64,000 nucleotides of DNA, taken from positions 132,494,001-132,558,000 of the forward strand of contig NC_042998.1 in NCBI RefSeq assembly GCF_006345805.1. The letters are read 5' to 3'. The number at the start of each line of letters is the position of its first letter. Within the stretch, counting starts at the first letter, position 1. The translations under genes and the position numbers were made by a program. This document shows, one piece after another, positions 13,032 through 25,208 of the stretch. The DNA comes from Octopus sinensis. Lineage: Eukaryota. The notes under the pieces were generated by a model. The model worked only from the letters and a program-made list of their open reading frames with translations, was not told where the DNA came from and did no database searches.

Positions 13032-13590
13032 CCTTTCTACTGGAACCACAAGGCCTCAAATTTGGGATAAGGGATTTAGTAAATTACATCGACCCCAGTG
13101 TATAACTAATACTTATTTAATCAACCCCAAAAGGATGAAAGGCAAAGTCAACCTTGTCGGAACTTGAACTCAGAACATAGCATTAGACAAAATAGCGCTA
13201 AGCATTTTGCCCAGTGTGCTAACAATTCTGCTAGCTTGTTGATGATGAAGTGAACTTCATCATCATAATAATAATGGTTTCGAATTTTGGCACAAGGCCA
13301 GCAATTTCCGGGTGGGAGCAAGTTGATTACATCATCCCCAGTTTTCAACCCTGAAAGCAAGGTCAACATTGGTGGAATTTGAACTCAGAATAAGTCAGAT
13401 GAAATGCAGCCAAACACTCTGCCTGGTGTGTTAACGATTCTGCCAGAAAATGACGATGTAACTGGTACTTATTTAATTGCCCCTGAAAGTATGAAAGGCA
13501 AAGTCGACCTCGGCGGAATTTGAACTCAGAATGTAACGGCAGGCATTTATTTCATCTGGTGTGCTAATGATTCTGCCAGCTTGCCACCCT
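11385..13590 (-). mobile_element. Head-to-tail array of about 9 family A SINE copies
   Basis: Recurrent (aat)n-ggcacaagg-...-gaaaggcaaagtcaacctc-gaatttgaactcagaa-...-gattctgccagcttgccacc units, all in the same orientation. Confidence 0.85.
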
Positions 13591-14879
13591 TTAGATATTA
13601 TCATGTTACCACATCAGACAGACAGACACACACACACACAAATTCTTTATAAAAGGCATCAGCACACACTCACTAAATGTAATGTAGTGCACACCCGCTT
13701 GCAGAGATTTGCCATACAGTGCAGACACACATACACGTGCATGTGTGTGCATGGCATTTAAACTACAGATTCATTGTATGTCTTTTTAGCTACACAGACA
13801 CACACACGCGCGCGAACACACACACAAAGCGAACTCTGCGCCTACAATCAGACCACACTTTGGTTATCATCATCATCATCATCATCATCAATATAGGAAA
13901 CTACCTTTTTGGTTAGATGATGATTGGGCTGTAACAGAGTTGTGGTCAGTGGTGGTGTTTAGCCACAGGTCAGTCTCGGTTGAACCATCTTTTATGATTA
14001 AAGGCATTCCAGTCGTGACCATTTTACCTTTTTTTTTTTTTTTTTCAAAGATGTTGCTGTGTGATGTCAGAGATTTTGTTGCTATTTATAGCAGGTCAAA
14101 CGGCCACATAGATGCTTCCTTGTTGGGTTTTTTCCCTCTTTCTTCCTTATTGTTGATGGCATTGTTGGCAGTGGCCTTCTACAGCAGTAAGGATATGAAT
14201 GTGGTGGTGGTGGTGGTGATGGTGGTGGTTGCGGTGATGATGGTGGTGGTTGCGGTGATGATAGATGTGAGAATGATATTTCTGTCGAACTACGCATAGT
14301 ATAGTTATAGAGGTGATACTGTTGATAATATTAATGATGATGTTTGGTAGGTGATGCTCAGAGAGGGATACTTTTAGCGTGTACATGGGTTGCTATGTGG
14401 CATTGGTGGCAGTAGGTAATAAATGATATTGATGGTAGTAGTGGTAATGGTGGTGGTGGTGGTGGTGGTGATAATTGTGTTGCCTGTTAACGTTATAATG
14501 GTTTTGATGGATGGCCATCAGCGGTGAGGTTTGCTGGGGAAAGGGAGGAGGAGGAGGAAGATCTGGACTCTCCTCCATTCATAATAGTGATAGGTGTGTG
14601 TTATGAATGACTTACAGTGCTATTTCTAGGGATATGATGATGATGATGATGGTGATGAAGCTCATCAAAGTGAAAACAATTATGGTGGTGGTGGGGGGTG
14701 GTAATGGGAGTGGTGATGATGAGGGCAGCAATAAAGATAATGAGTCTGCTGCTGCTGCTGCTGCTGATGATGATGATGATATAGATGAGTATCCTTCCTT
14801 AATTTGTTCAACAGTGAAACAATTGTTATTCTTAGGCTTAAACCTCAACCACTTATCTTCTCTTCCTTTCATCACTTTT

Positions 14880-15130
14880 TGGCATCATTTTGTTACATCA
14901 TGCTTGACTTTCCTTTTTGAAATTTCTCAAAAACTTTCTCTCTCACTCTCACGCACACTTTTCCTTTTTCTTTCTGCTTTCTCTTATCTTTGTCCTCATC
15001 TGTCTTCCCCCTTCTATCTTCCTCTTCATCTATCATAATCTATCTTTTCCTTTTCATCTCTTTCTTCCCCATCGCCTTCCACTCATAAAATTTCCCACTC
15101 CCACCTTCACAAGTCTGATGTCATTTCTCT
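14880..15130. repeat. C/T-rich low-complexity tract
   Basis: Almost purine-free + strand; explains the F/L/S-rich pseudo-ORFs. Confidence 0.8.
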
Positions 15131-15547
15131 TTGTTTCTGTCTTGTCTCCTCTGTTTCTGGTGCTGTTAATGTGTTTGTTTTTATTTCTCCATGTTTCAAT
15201 ATTTTTTCAATATTTTTTCAATATGTTCTTGTTGTTGTCGTTATTGCTGTAGTTAAACCAGTAGTAGTCCTCTTCCTGCACTCCCCCTCTTTCCTCCCTC
15301 CACTTTCCCTCCCATTACTAGAAAATACTGTAGGCAATAAAACTATTGTTGTTCCTTCATTTACAGTGTGACAAACACAAAAATATTTAACTCCTTGTAC
15401 TCTTTTCTACAGTTCTGAAATAAGCCCAATTATACCTTTGCTTTGGTGTGTATGTCCCTATTTCCACACACAAGCACACACACATGTGTGTGTATGTATA
15501 TGAGTGTGTGTGCATATATATATATATATATATAAGCTGGCCTACCC

Positions 15548-15602
<55 letters not shown>

Positions 15603-15753
15603 CAGAGAGAATAGAATTAGTGTGCATGTGTATGAGTAAGAGAGGGAAAGGTAGACACTAATTGTACTGTGTGTGTATATATATATATACACATACATCC
15701 ATATATATATATATGTATGTATATGTGTGTGTGTATATATATGTATATATATA

Positions 15754-15795
<42 letters not shown>

Positions 15796-15996
15796 TACAT
15801 ATATTTATATATAGATTAATACTTGTACATTAGTCTGTCTTGGAAGTTACTCTCAATGTTTTTGATATTCTATTGAAATGTATTGAGTGATACTTCAATT
15901 AACATTTGACTTTTAGCGTGTAACTCTACATAAAATAAATGTGTGTGTGTTAGTGTGTACAAGTGTGTGTGTGTACGCATACTTTTATGTAACGTG

Positions 15997-16042
<46 letters not shown>

Positions 16043-16929
16043 CACACACACACATACATACTACTGCCACCACTATCCACACATGGTATAGTGATGGAAT
16101 GTAGGTTGTCTTCAAATTTATTTTATCTTTTTTTTTTTTTTGTCAAGGCAATCAAAAATGTCAGCCTCATCATTTCTTGTTCTCTTTATCCTCCCTGTAT
16201 CTCTTCTCCATCCCCACCACAATCATTATCAGCAACACCCTGCCTATACCTATCTACCATCTCTCTCTCTCTCTCCTCATACACACACTCGCACACACAC
16301 ACAAACACACATGCAATCATTTGCACACTCTACATTAAAATGTCATGGTGCCCTCAAAAATTTTTCAGCCGAGCTCAGCTGTCAATATACTTCAATTATG
16401 GAACTGCAGTGCTAGATTGTTGAGAATGCAGTCTCTTGGTGCAACTACGTGTACACATGCATCTCTATTTGCATGCATTGCAAATGCACATGGCTGTGTA
16501 CGTCTGTATAGATCTGTTGGTGTCGGCATGCATGTACACATGCACACACTGACAGTCAGCAGTATAAGCAGTATACAAGTGTTGTTGTTGTTATTGCTTT
16601 TACTATTAATCGTTCTCTGTATTCAGTAGGTGTCTGTGCAAGAGTTAAGAGTTGTGTATATGACTCTTGGGCAGTTCGGTAATATATACAGCAGCAAATT
16701 TGAATGTATGTGATTCTGTGTTTGTGTGTGTGTGTGTTTGTACATAGATCCATGTGTACATACATGCATGCCTTTTTACATACACGAATTTATACAAAGA
16801 AATTTACAAGCATGCTCTCTCTCTCTCTCTTTTTTACTTAACTTTACATATGTGTGTATGTGTATGTACATGTTATAATTATATATACTTAACAAGATAA
16901 TGGAGTATTCACCCTTATATAAATATTGA

Positions 16930-17350
16930 TTTCGAATTTTAATACGAGGCCAGTAATTTCAGGGTAGTGCTCAACTGGTGCTTATTTCATCAATCCCAAA
17001 GGGATGACTGGTAAAATCGACCTCACTGGAATTTGAACTCAGAATGTGAATATAGACAGAGTGCTGCTAAGCATTTTACCCAGCGTGCTAATGATTCTCC
17101 CACAACGTCGCCTTAGTGTGTATAAATATTATCATCAACAACAGGAATGTTTATAATGATTTCCTATAACATCAAAAAGAGTTGATTTTTTTTTTCCTAA
17201 GGTCACAAATTTTGTAGTGGTTGTGGCAGGGAGATTACTTGGTTGAATTATCTCACAGTACTTCAGAGGAAATTGAACTCACAACATCAAGAACTGGAAA
17301 AAAAAAAAAAACACTGTAAGGCAGTTTAATTAAAACTCTAATGATTCTTC
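16930..17350 (-). mobile_element. Two family A SINE copies
   Basis: aatacgaggccagtaatttc...gaatttgaactcagaatg...gctaatgattc. Confidence 0.7.
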
Positions 17351-17554
17351 CAATATAAATAATAATGATAATAATAGCGATTTCTTTTATTAGGTACAGG
17401 GGCATAGCTGAGGGGTACATCACAAGGACATGAAACAATTTTTGTCAGCATTTACATAAAGAGTGAGGAAAAATGAAAAGAAAATAATAATGATAATAAT
17501 AATAATAGCATAATAATAATAGTAATAATAACAATAATAGCATAATAATGGGTG

Positions 17555-17860
17555 CTTGCATGGCTATGTGGTTAAGAAACTCATTTTACACATTGTGACT
17601 GTTTAGTTCTGGGTTCAGTTCCACAGGCAGTGTTTTTTACTATAGTTTTTGTGTCTGTTTGTTCCCCTCCCCTACTGTTTGTCAACTGATGTTGGTTTGT
17701 TTATGTCCCCATAACTTAGCGGTCAGACAAAAGAAATTGATAGAGAAAATATCAGACTTCAGAGAAAATTAGGTACCACTCAATTTGTTTTTTTTTTTAC
17801 TAAAACCATTCAAGGCAGTTGCTCCAGCATGGCTGCAGTCTTGTGGCTGAAACAAAAGGC
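17555..17860 (+). mobile_element. Diverged family B SINE
   Basis: catggctatgtggttaagaa...gggttcagttcc...tgtccccataacttagcgg...gctccagcatggctgcagtc. Confidence 0.75.
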
Positions 17861-17869
17861 AGACGATAA

Positions 17870-19050
17870 ATACGGTGTTCAAATTTTGGATAAAGGCCAG
17901 CAGTTTTCGAGGTGAGTGGGGGAAGTTGATTAAATTAACCTTAGTATTTGACTGGTTGGTTCCTTTTTTTTTTTTTTTTATCAACCCTGAATGGATGAAA
18001 ATAAGAGTTGACTCTGGCAGAATGTAAACTCAGAACAAAATGAGTTGGAAGAAATATAACTAGTCATTTTGTCCGATTCTGCCAAATAATAATAATAATA
18101 ATAATAATAATAATTATTATAATAATAACGATTTCAAATTTTTGCTACAAGGGTAGCTTGGGGGAGGTGGTTTAGTCGATTACATCAACCCTACTGCATA
18201 ACTGGTACTTATTTAATCCATCCTGAAAAGACTGATTAAATAAGTACCCGTTATGCACTGGTACTTATAATAATAATAATATTAATAATAATTATTATTA
18301 ATATTATTATTATCATTATTATAATTAGTAGTAGTAGTAATAATGCTTTCTGCTATAGGTACAAAACTTGAAATTTTGGGGGTGGCGTGGAGAGTAAGTT
18401 TGATTAGATTGACCGCCCCAGTGCTTAACTGGTACTTATTTTATGGACCCTGAAAGGACAAAAGGCAATGTCAACCTCTCTGGAATTTCAACTCGGAATA
18501 TAAAGAGCTGGAAGAAATGCCACTAAGCAGTTCATCCAGTGTGGTAATGATTCTCGAGCTCACTACCTATAGTAATAATAATGATAATAATTCTTTCTAC
18601 TAAAGGTACGGAACTTGTAATTTTCTGGGCGGCGGGAGGGTCTAGTCAATTACATTGACCCTAGTGTTTCACCAGTACTTAATTTATTGACCTTGAAAGG
18701 ATGAAAGGCAAAGACAACCTCGACAGAATTTGAACTCAGAACATAAAGACGGACGAAATGCCATGGAGTGTTTTGTCCGGCTTGCTAACAAAATCTGCCA
18801 GCTCGCTGCCTTAATAATTATAATAATAATCCTTTCCAATATAGGCACAAGGCCTGAAATTTGAAGGTGGGGGTAGTTGAGTACATCGATCTCAGTACTC
18901 AACTGGTACTTAATTTATCGACCCCGAAAGGATGAAAGGTAAAGTCAACCTTGGTGGAATTTGAACTCAGAATGTAAATAAAGATGGACAAAATGCCATG
19001 GAAGTGTTTTGTTCGGCATGCTAAAAATTCTGCCGGCTTGCAGCCTTAGT
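17870..19050 (-). mobile_element. Head-to-tail array of about 5-6 family A SINE copies separated by (AAT)n
   Basis: For example ...gctcgctgcc ttaataattataataataat cctttccaatataggcacaaggcc... at about 18800-18850. Confidence 0.85.
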
Positions 19051-19881
19051 AGTAGTAGTAATAATAATTATAATAATAATAAATGATAATAAATCTTTCG
19101 GGGTACCTGTGTGTGAAGTTGATAGTTCCCAATTTTCTGTCTCTCTCTCTTTCTCTCTAATCCATTCAACCTCATACATTGTCCCTCCTTTCGACATAGC
19201 GTCACCCCCACAGCCCTGTAGCTTCCCCGTTTACTTTGTATCCGTGTCTCTCTCTCTTTTTTTTTAACTGCCCCCTCCCCGTTTGTTGCCTCACTACAGA
19301 GATGAGTGGGAGCCATCATTGTAGCCACCTTTCATTTATTTATGTATTTTATTCTTTCCCTCAAAAATTGTATTGTTCCATCTTGGAGGGACTGGAGAAG
19401 CGGGTGTGTTTGGGTGAATGGCATCAGTGGAAGGTAAAAATGATGAGGATGGTGGCAGTGGTGGCAAGGTTGGTAGTCTCTCGTAACAATGGCGCCAATG
19501 GAGGTGTTGGGGTGGTTTGATGAGGTAATAGTAAAATGGGTAGGAATGACACTGGTGGTGGTGGTGGTGGCAGTTTGGTTATGAAGGTAACGAGGGTCAA
19601 TTTGAGTTTGGCGATGATGACGGCGGCACTAATCATAATGATGCAGTATCAGTGATAATTGAGATGGTGGTGGTGGTGATGGCGGCGGTGGTGGTGGCGG
19701 CAGTGGCCATGATAGTGATGCTTCTGATGTGTAGGCGGAGCAGACATGAATTAGAACCCACTTCATTCAGTCTACTCGAGTGAGAGAAAGACATAGCATC
19801 AGTTCCTAATAAAATCATGATTAAGCAGTTTAATAACCATTGCCACCATTATCATCATCATCATCGCTAGGGGGATTTTCT

Positions 19882-19912
<31 letters not shown>

Positions 19913-19929
19913 CCATCATAGCTATTGTT

Positions 19930-20420
19930 ATTTTTACTCTCAATCTCACTCCTTTTCTCTTCTTGCAGTCATCTCACACCCACCTCCTCACTCTCTTTCT
20001 GCTTTTACTCCCACTCCTACTGCTTGTTTCTCATTCACTCCCTCTGCCTTTCTCCTGACTCTTGCTTCTTCTCCACTCCTGCCATTTCTCTTTTTTCCAA
20101 CTCCCACCGCTACTCTTTTTCCAATTCCCACCACTTCTTTTTTCTCCTCCCACCAATTTGCTTTCCTCACTCCCACTACATAACTTATCCGACTGTCACT
20201 GTCCCTCTTTTTCCTTCATACTACTCTCTTATCTCTTTGTCTCCTGCTCTTCTTTCTCTTCTCTTCTACTCTCCCTTCATCTTCTGCTCACCCTTTGCTC
20301 TCTCTCCCTCCCATTTTCTTCTCATTTTTCTCTTCCATGTGTGTGCATATCCCTTTGTCCATCACTTCTCTCTTTATCACCACCACCACCATCACAAGTT
20401 TCTTATACCTTTACCAATTC
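19930..20420. repeat. About 500-bp polypyrimidine low-complexity tract
   Basis: Very C/T-rich + strand; source of the pseudo-ORFs at 19840-20545. Confidence 0.85.
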
Positions 20421-20699
20421 TTCATTTCTTGGAATTTAAAAAAAAAAGAAAACCCCCAAATGAATTTCAAACAAGACACCTCCCCAACCAAAATAATATA
20501 GAATATATTATTAATAATAATAATAATAATTATAATAATGAATAAATAAAATATTGCAAAGTATGGAATGTGTATGGTAGGTTTGGTTTTTAAAATTCTC
20601 CTTCCAGTATCTTTTTTTCTTTTTTTCTTTTCTTTTTTTTTACCTCTTGCTCTTTAAGAAGTCTTTTTAGTCTCTAATCTCAATTCTCTCTCTCTCTCT

Positions 20700-20860
20700 C
20701 TCTCCCTGAAAATACCCCTCTCCTCTCCTCGGCTGCTGGTTCTTCGTTAGAAAAATTACAGTCGGTTTTGTTTTGCAAGATTTATCGATCACTTCACTTT
20801 TGCTTTACTGTGCATTTAGGAAACTGCTGAGCTGTCATTCTAGGAAAATGTATGTTATTA
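20700..20860. promoter_or_regulatory. Possible promoter or non-coding exon
   Basis: Unique CpG-retaining island between low-complexity tracts; DRE-like tatcgat at about 20783; possible donor aaat|gtatgt at about 20850. Confidence 0.25.
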
Positions 20861-21059
20861 AAGCTCTGCATGTGTGCATGCATTGCATTGCATCATGCAG
20901 CATAACATATGCACACAACTTATTGATGCCATTGACTTGCTAGAGACTGATTACCATTTTTTTTACTTCAGCTTTTTTATTTATTTATTTCTCTTTTTTT
21001 TTTTGCTTTTATTTCATTTAAATTTCGTAACCTTTCACTGTGTAACTGAAACTAGCTTA

Positions 21060-21071
21060 GTCTCATCATCC

Positions 21072-21103
<32 letters not shown>

Positions 21104-21432
21104 GTCATAATAGTAATTGTTGTCCTTGTTTCTGTTTTCTTCCTCCTCCTCATCATCATCATCATCATCGTTGCCGTCGTCGTCAGTGTCTCTCCTTCTT
21201 CATCATCTTTCTTCTTCTATCCATCCTTGCACCCACATCACCATCATCATCATCATCATCATCATCGTTGTATGTGTGTAATAATCTCTTTCGGAGCTGT
21301 TTTTGAGAGAGAGAGAGCTAGTTGCAGGCGAATGAGCCGTGTGTGTGTGTGTGCGCGTGCGCTTTTGTATGTTTGCGTACGAGCGTTTGTATATTTATGT
21401 GCTGTCCTATGTGTGTGTGTCCCCCCCACCGC

Positions 21433-21464
<32 letters not shown>

Positions 21465-22535
21465 GCATGCATGGATGATGGACAATTCTTTCTTCCACTC
21501 TACCCTCGCGTCCCCCCACCCCCACCCCGCTAGTGCTGCTGTACTATTTGTAGCCGCTGCTGTCGGTGTTGTGGGGGAGGGAGTTCGGCAGCAGCAGCAG
21601 CACTGACTACTGCTGCTGCTGCATCTGTTGTTGTTGCTGCTGTTGTTGCTATTAATAATACCTCTTTCATATCTGATGCTGTTGGAGTTGCTGATGCTGC
21701 TAGTTCTCTCGAGGTGTTGTTGTTGTTGTTGATGGCGGTGGTGATAAACGACGGCGAATTTTGGTGTAGTTGTTGTTGTTTTTGGTTATGACTAGTGACT
21801 TTGTAGTAGTTATTATAACCACGGGGACATAGTTGTTGGGGGTGGGTACTTGTAGTGTGTCTGGTGGTGTGGGCTGAAGTTGTAGTAATAGTAGTAGTAG
21901 TGGTGGTGGTGGTTGTGGTAGCGGTTATGATATTCGTGCAGTTGTAGCTGCTGTAGTATTTTAGCTGGTTGTAGTTGGTTTCGCCTGTCGTTAGTGGAAG
22001 TAGTGGCTTTTTTGCTGCTGCTGCAATTTTATGATGACGATGGCTGCGACGCTGCTGATTATTGTGATGCCAATTCTTCTAGATTGGTTCTAAAGAGAGC
22101 AAAGGGTTTTGGATTAGCAGAAAAAGTTGGAAAAAACTGTGTTGGATGATTGGATTGGATTGGATTAGATGCATGGATGTTTGGATGGATGGATTGGTTT
22201 GTGAAAAATGAAATGAGATCAAAAAGTTGAGTGAGTAAAAAGATGAGAATGATTTCCAAAACCATGAAGAACAATGACATCGAGACGGTAAACAACGGTA
22301 ACAACGACAATAGCTGCAACAATATCAGTTATAATATCAATAATAATAATAATAATCATGAAAATCACAATGATAATAATAATGATGATGATGATAATAA
22401 TGATAATGACGGTAACCACATAACAAACAGCAACAAGATTTATCTTAACAAAACCCAATGTGAAACTACCAGGCTATGTATACTGCAAGTGAGGGAAAAA
22501 ATTCTCAAGTATGTAAAAATCCAGCAATCTTTATT

Positions 22536-22572
<37 letters not shown>

Positions 22573-22820
22573 GTTGCTATTTGTTGTGGTGGTGGTGGTG
22601 GTGGTGGAGGAGATGGTAATGAGGCTGTTGTGGCATTTTTTATGTAGCATTTTTTTCCCATGTGGTGGTGGTGGTGGTTTGTTTTGTTGCATGGGTGGTG
22701 TTTGTTGATGATGATGATGATGATGGTGATAGTTTTTGACGATGAGCGTTATGATGCTGATTGCTTGTCGTCGTCGTTGTTGTTGTTGTTGTTATTTGTT
22801 ATGATGATGATGTCGGTGTT
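21060..22820. repeat. Mosaic of trinucleotide tracts (CAT, GCT, GTT, GGT, AAT, GAT)n
   Basis: Direct inspection; resembles the repeat-rich UTR or low-complexity coding stretches of cephalopod genes. Confidence 0.8.
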
Positions 22821-23626
22821 GGAGAGATGCAGTTGCTGTCCTGTTCTCCTTTGGATTCTGAAGATATATTTTTGTCGAGTTAGCTGCTTTTTCTTTTCTT
22901 TTTTTTTCTTTTTTTCTACATCTTCCGAGACTGATTATGTAATGGATGTGTGTGTGTGTGTGTGTGTGTGTGTATTACAGAAAGCAGTATGGTTTAATAT
23001 ATGAGATATTGTGTGTAATTTAAAAAAAAAAATTTCCCAGTTGTGTGATTTTAAGATTTATATTTATTGTGTGTGTTCTGTAAGGTAGACCCAATGCATG
23101 AAAAATATATACATGTGTATGTGTGTATATATATATATATGTACATGCGTTTATGGTTTGTAATCTGCCATGCATGCATTTTCTAGATGCTGTGTGTGGC
23201 ATTTAAAGTGTAATGATAGTAGTATTTTTAACTTTCCCGAATGTGTGTGTGCACATACACATGTGCTGGTGTATATAAGGTGCAACCGGCAGGGTTGTAC
23301 AACCCTGGTACAGGAATTCCAGTGTCATGAGGTGTGTGAAACCACCTCTTAACCACTATTGTGGTTTCGTGTGTGTGATCTTTATTTCAGTTAGTGATTC
23401 TCAATATTTTTGCGCAATCTGCTGTGCTTGTATTTTCTGGATGCGTGAGTGAAACTGTGTGTATTTGAGTGTATTTTGATGAAAAATAAAGTGCACAGCT
23501 TGTGTTTCCTAGGTATGTATAAATATATGTATGTATATATACTTATGTATATATGTGTAGTGTATTATTTATATATATATATGTAATGTATGTATATGTA
23601 TGTATGTATATGTATGTATGTATATG

Positions 23627-23726
23627 NNNNNNNNNNNNNNNNNNNNNNNNNNNNNNNNNNNNNNNNNNNNNNNNNNNNNNNNNNNNNNNNNNNNNNNNNN
23701 NNNNNNNNNNNNNNNNNNNNNNNNNN
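23627..23726. other. Assembly gap (100 N) inside a (TATG)n tract
   Basis: Exactly 100 N, a typical placeholder for a gap of unknown size. Confidence 0.99.
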
Positions 23727-24777
23727 GCAACAAACATAAGTGTACCCCTCTTGACACACACGTGTGTGTATGGATATGTAGCTGGGTGTACTTGTAGGAA
23801 TCTACAAATGTTGGTATATTTCTGTTATATATATAATACCCAGCATTGAAAATGGACATTAGATGATGCTTATGGATGAATAGATAGAGAGATAAACAGA
23901 TGTGTGTATTTTTCTATCAATGGTTTCTATAATTGGATATCCTTCCTAACAGCAACCACTTTAGAGCATTATACTGGGTGCATTTTTTTTTCATGGCACC
24001 AGCACTTTTGAGGTTGCCTTGATGTGAGCAAAACTAAAGACCCCTTTTGAAGCCTGTTGTTTGCTGCTCAGATTGATTACCCGTCACTTTAGAGAGAATA
24101 ATTGAGAGAATTGTGTTGGGTAGGAATAATGGAGACTAGAAAGAGAAGGGGATGTATAATATCAGGGGTTGGTGTGAAAGAGCTGGGCAGGACAAACAGG
24201 TTATGGTGATGGATCAGTCTGCCTGCCATGTTAGCTTTTGTTGGACAGTTAGTTCATCATGATCCATGTGAGTGATCAGGCACACACCTTAAAATACTTG
24301 CTGAGCTATTTCTCTCTCTCTCTCTCACTATTCTAAGTTCAAATCCTGTGGGGATAACTTGGTCTTTCCTCTTTTCAGGGATCGATAAAGTATCAGTCCA
24401 AACTGGTAATGCTGGTGAAAATGTCGTTGCATCAGACCAAGATACATTGTGATATCTACTCTGGCTGTTTTGAGTTTCTGTGTCCAAATACCTGTTTGGG
24501 ATTCACATCCCATTCATAGTCACATCACCACTTCTCACACACCTAAACAGAACATGTTAAGGCAGACTGGGACATAGTTACAGAATCAGCTTCTTTTTGC
24601 CATTAGGCTGGCCTCCACATTGTCCCCACACCATTTTGTATAGATACAATGGACTTGGACGTCCAACCCTTGCGAGTATCACACTTATGACTTATACCCT
24701 AGCTAATCAAACTAACTAGCAAATGGTCCTAGGGTTTCTGAAACCTTGGAAACACTGACAATTATAAATACGTATTT

Positions 24778-24839
<62 letters not shown>

Positions 24840-25137
24840 TCATATATATACATATATACATACACATATATATACATATATACATACACATATATATACA
24901 CACATATACATACACATATATATACACACATATACATACACATATATATACACACATATATACATATATATATATATCATCATCATCATCATCATCATCG
25001 TTTAACGTCCGTTCTCCATGCTAGCATGGGTTGGACGGTTCGACCGGGGTTCTGGGAAGCCAGAAGGCTGCACCAATCTGGCAATGTTTCTACAGCTGGA
25101 TGCCCTTCCTAACGTATATATATATATATATATACAC

Positions 25138-25208
<71 letters not shown>

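Noticed and set aside
11385-19050. Regularly spaced repeated units resembling a CRISPR-like array
   Set aside because: Units are about 200-bp diverged tRNA-derived SINEs with AAT tails; no short identical repeats with unique spacers and no cas genes; eukaryotic context
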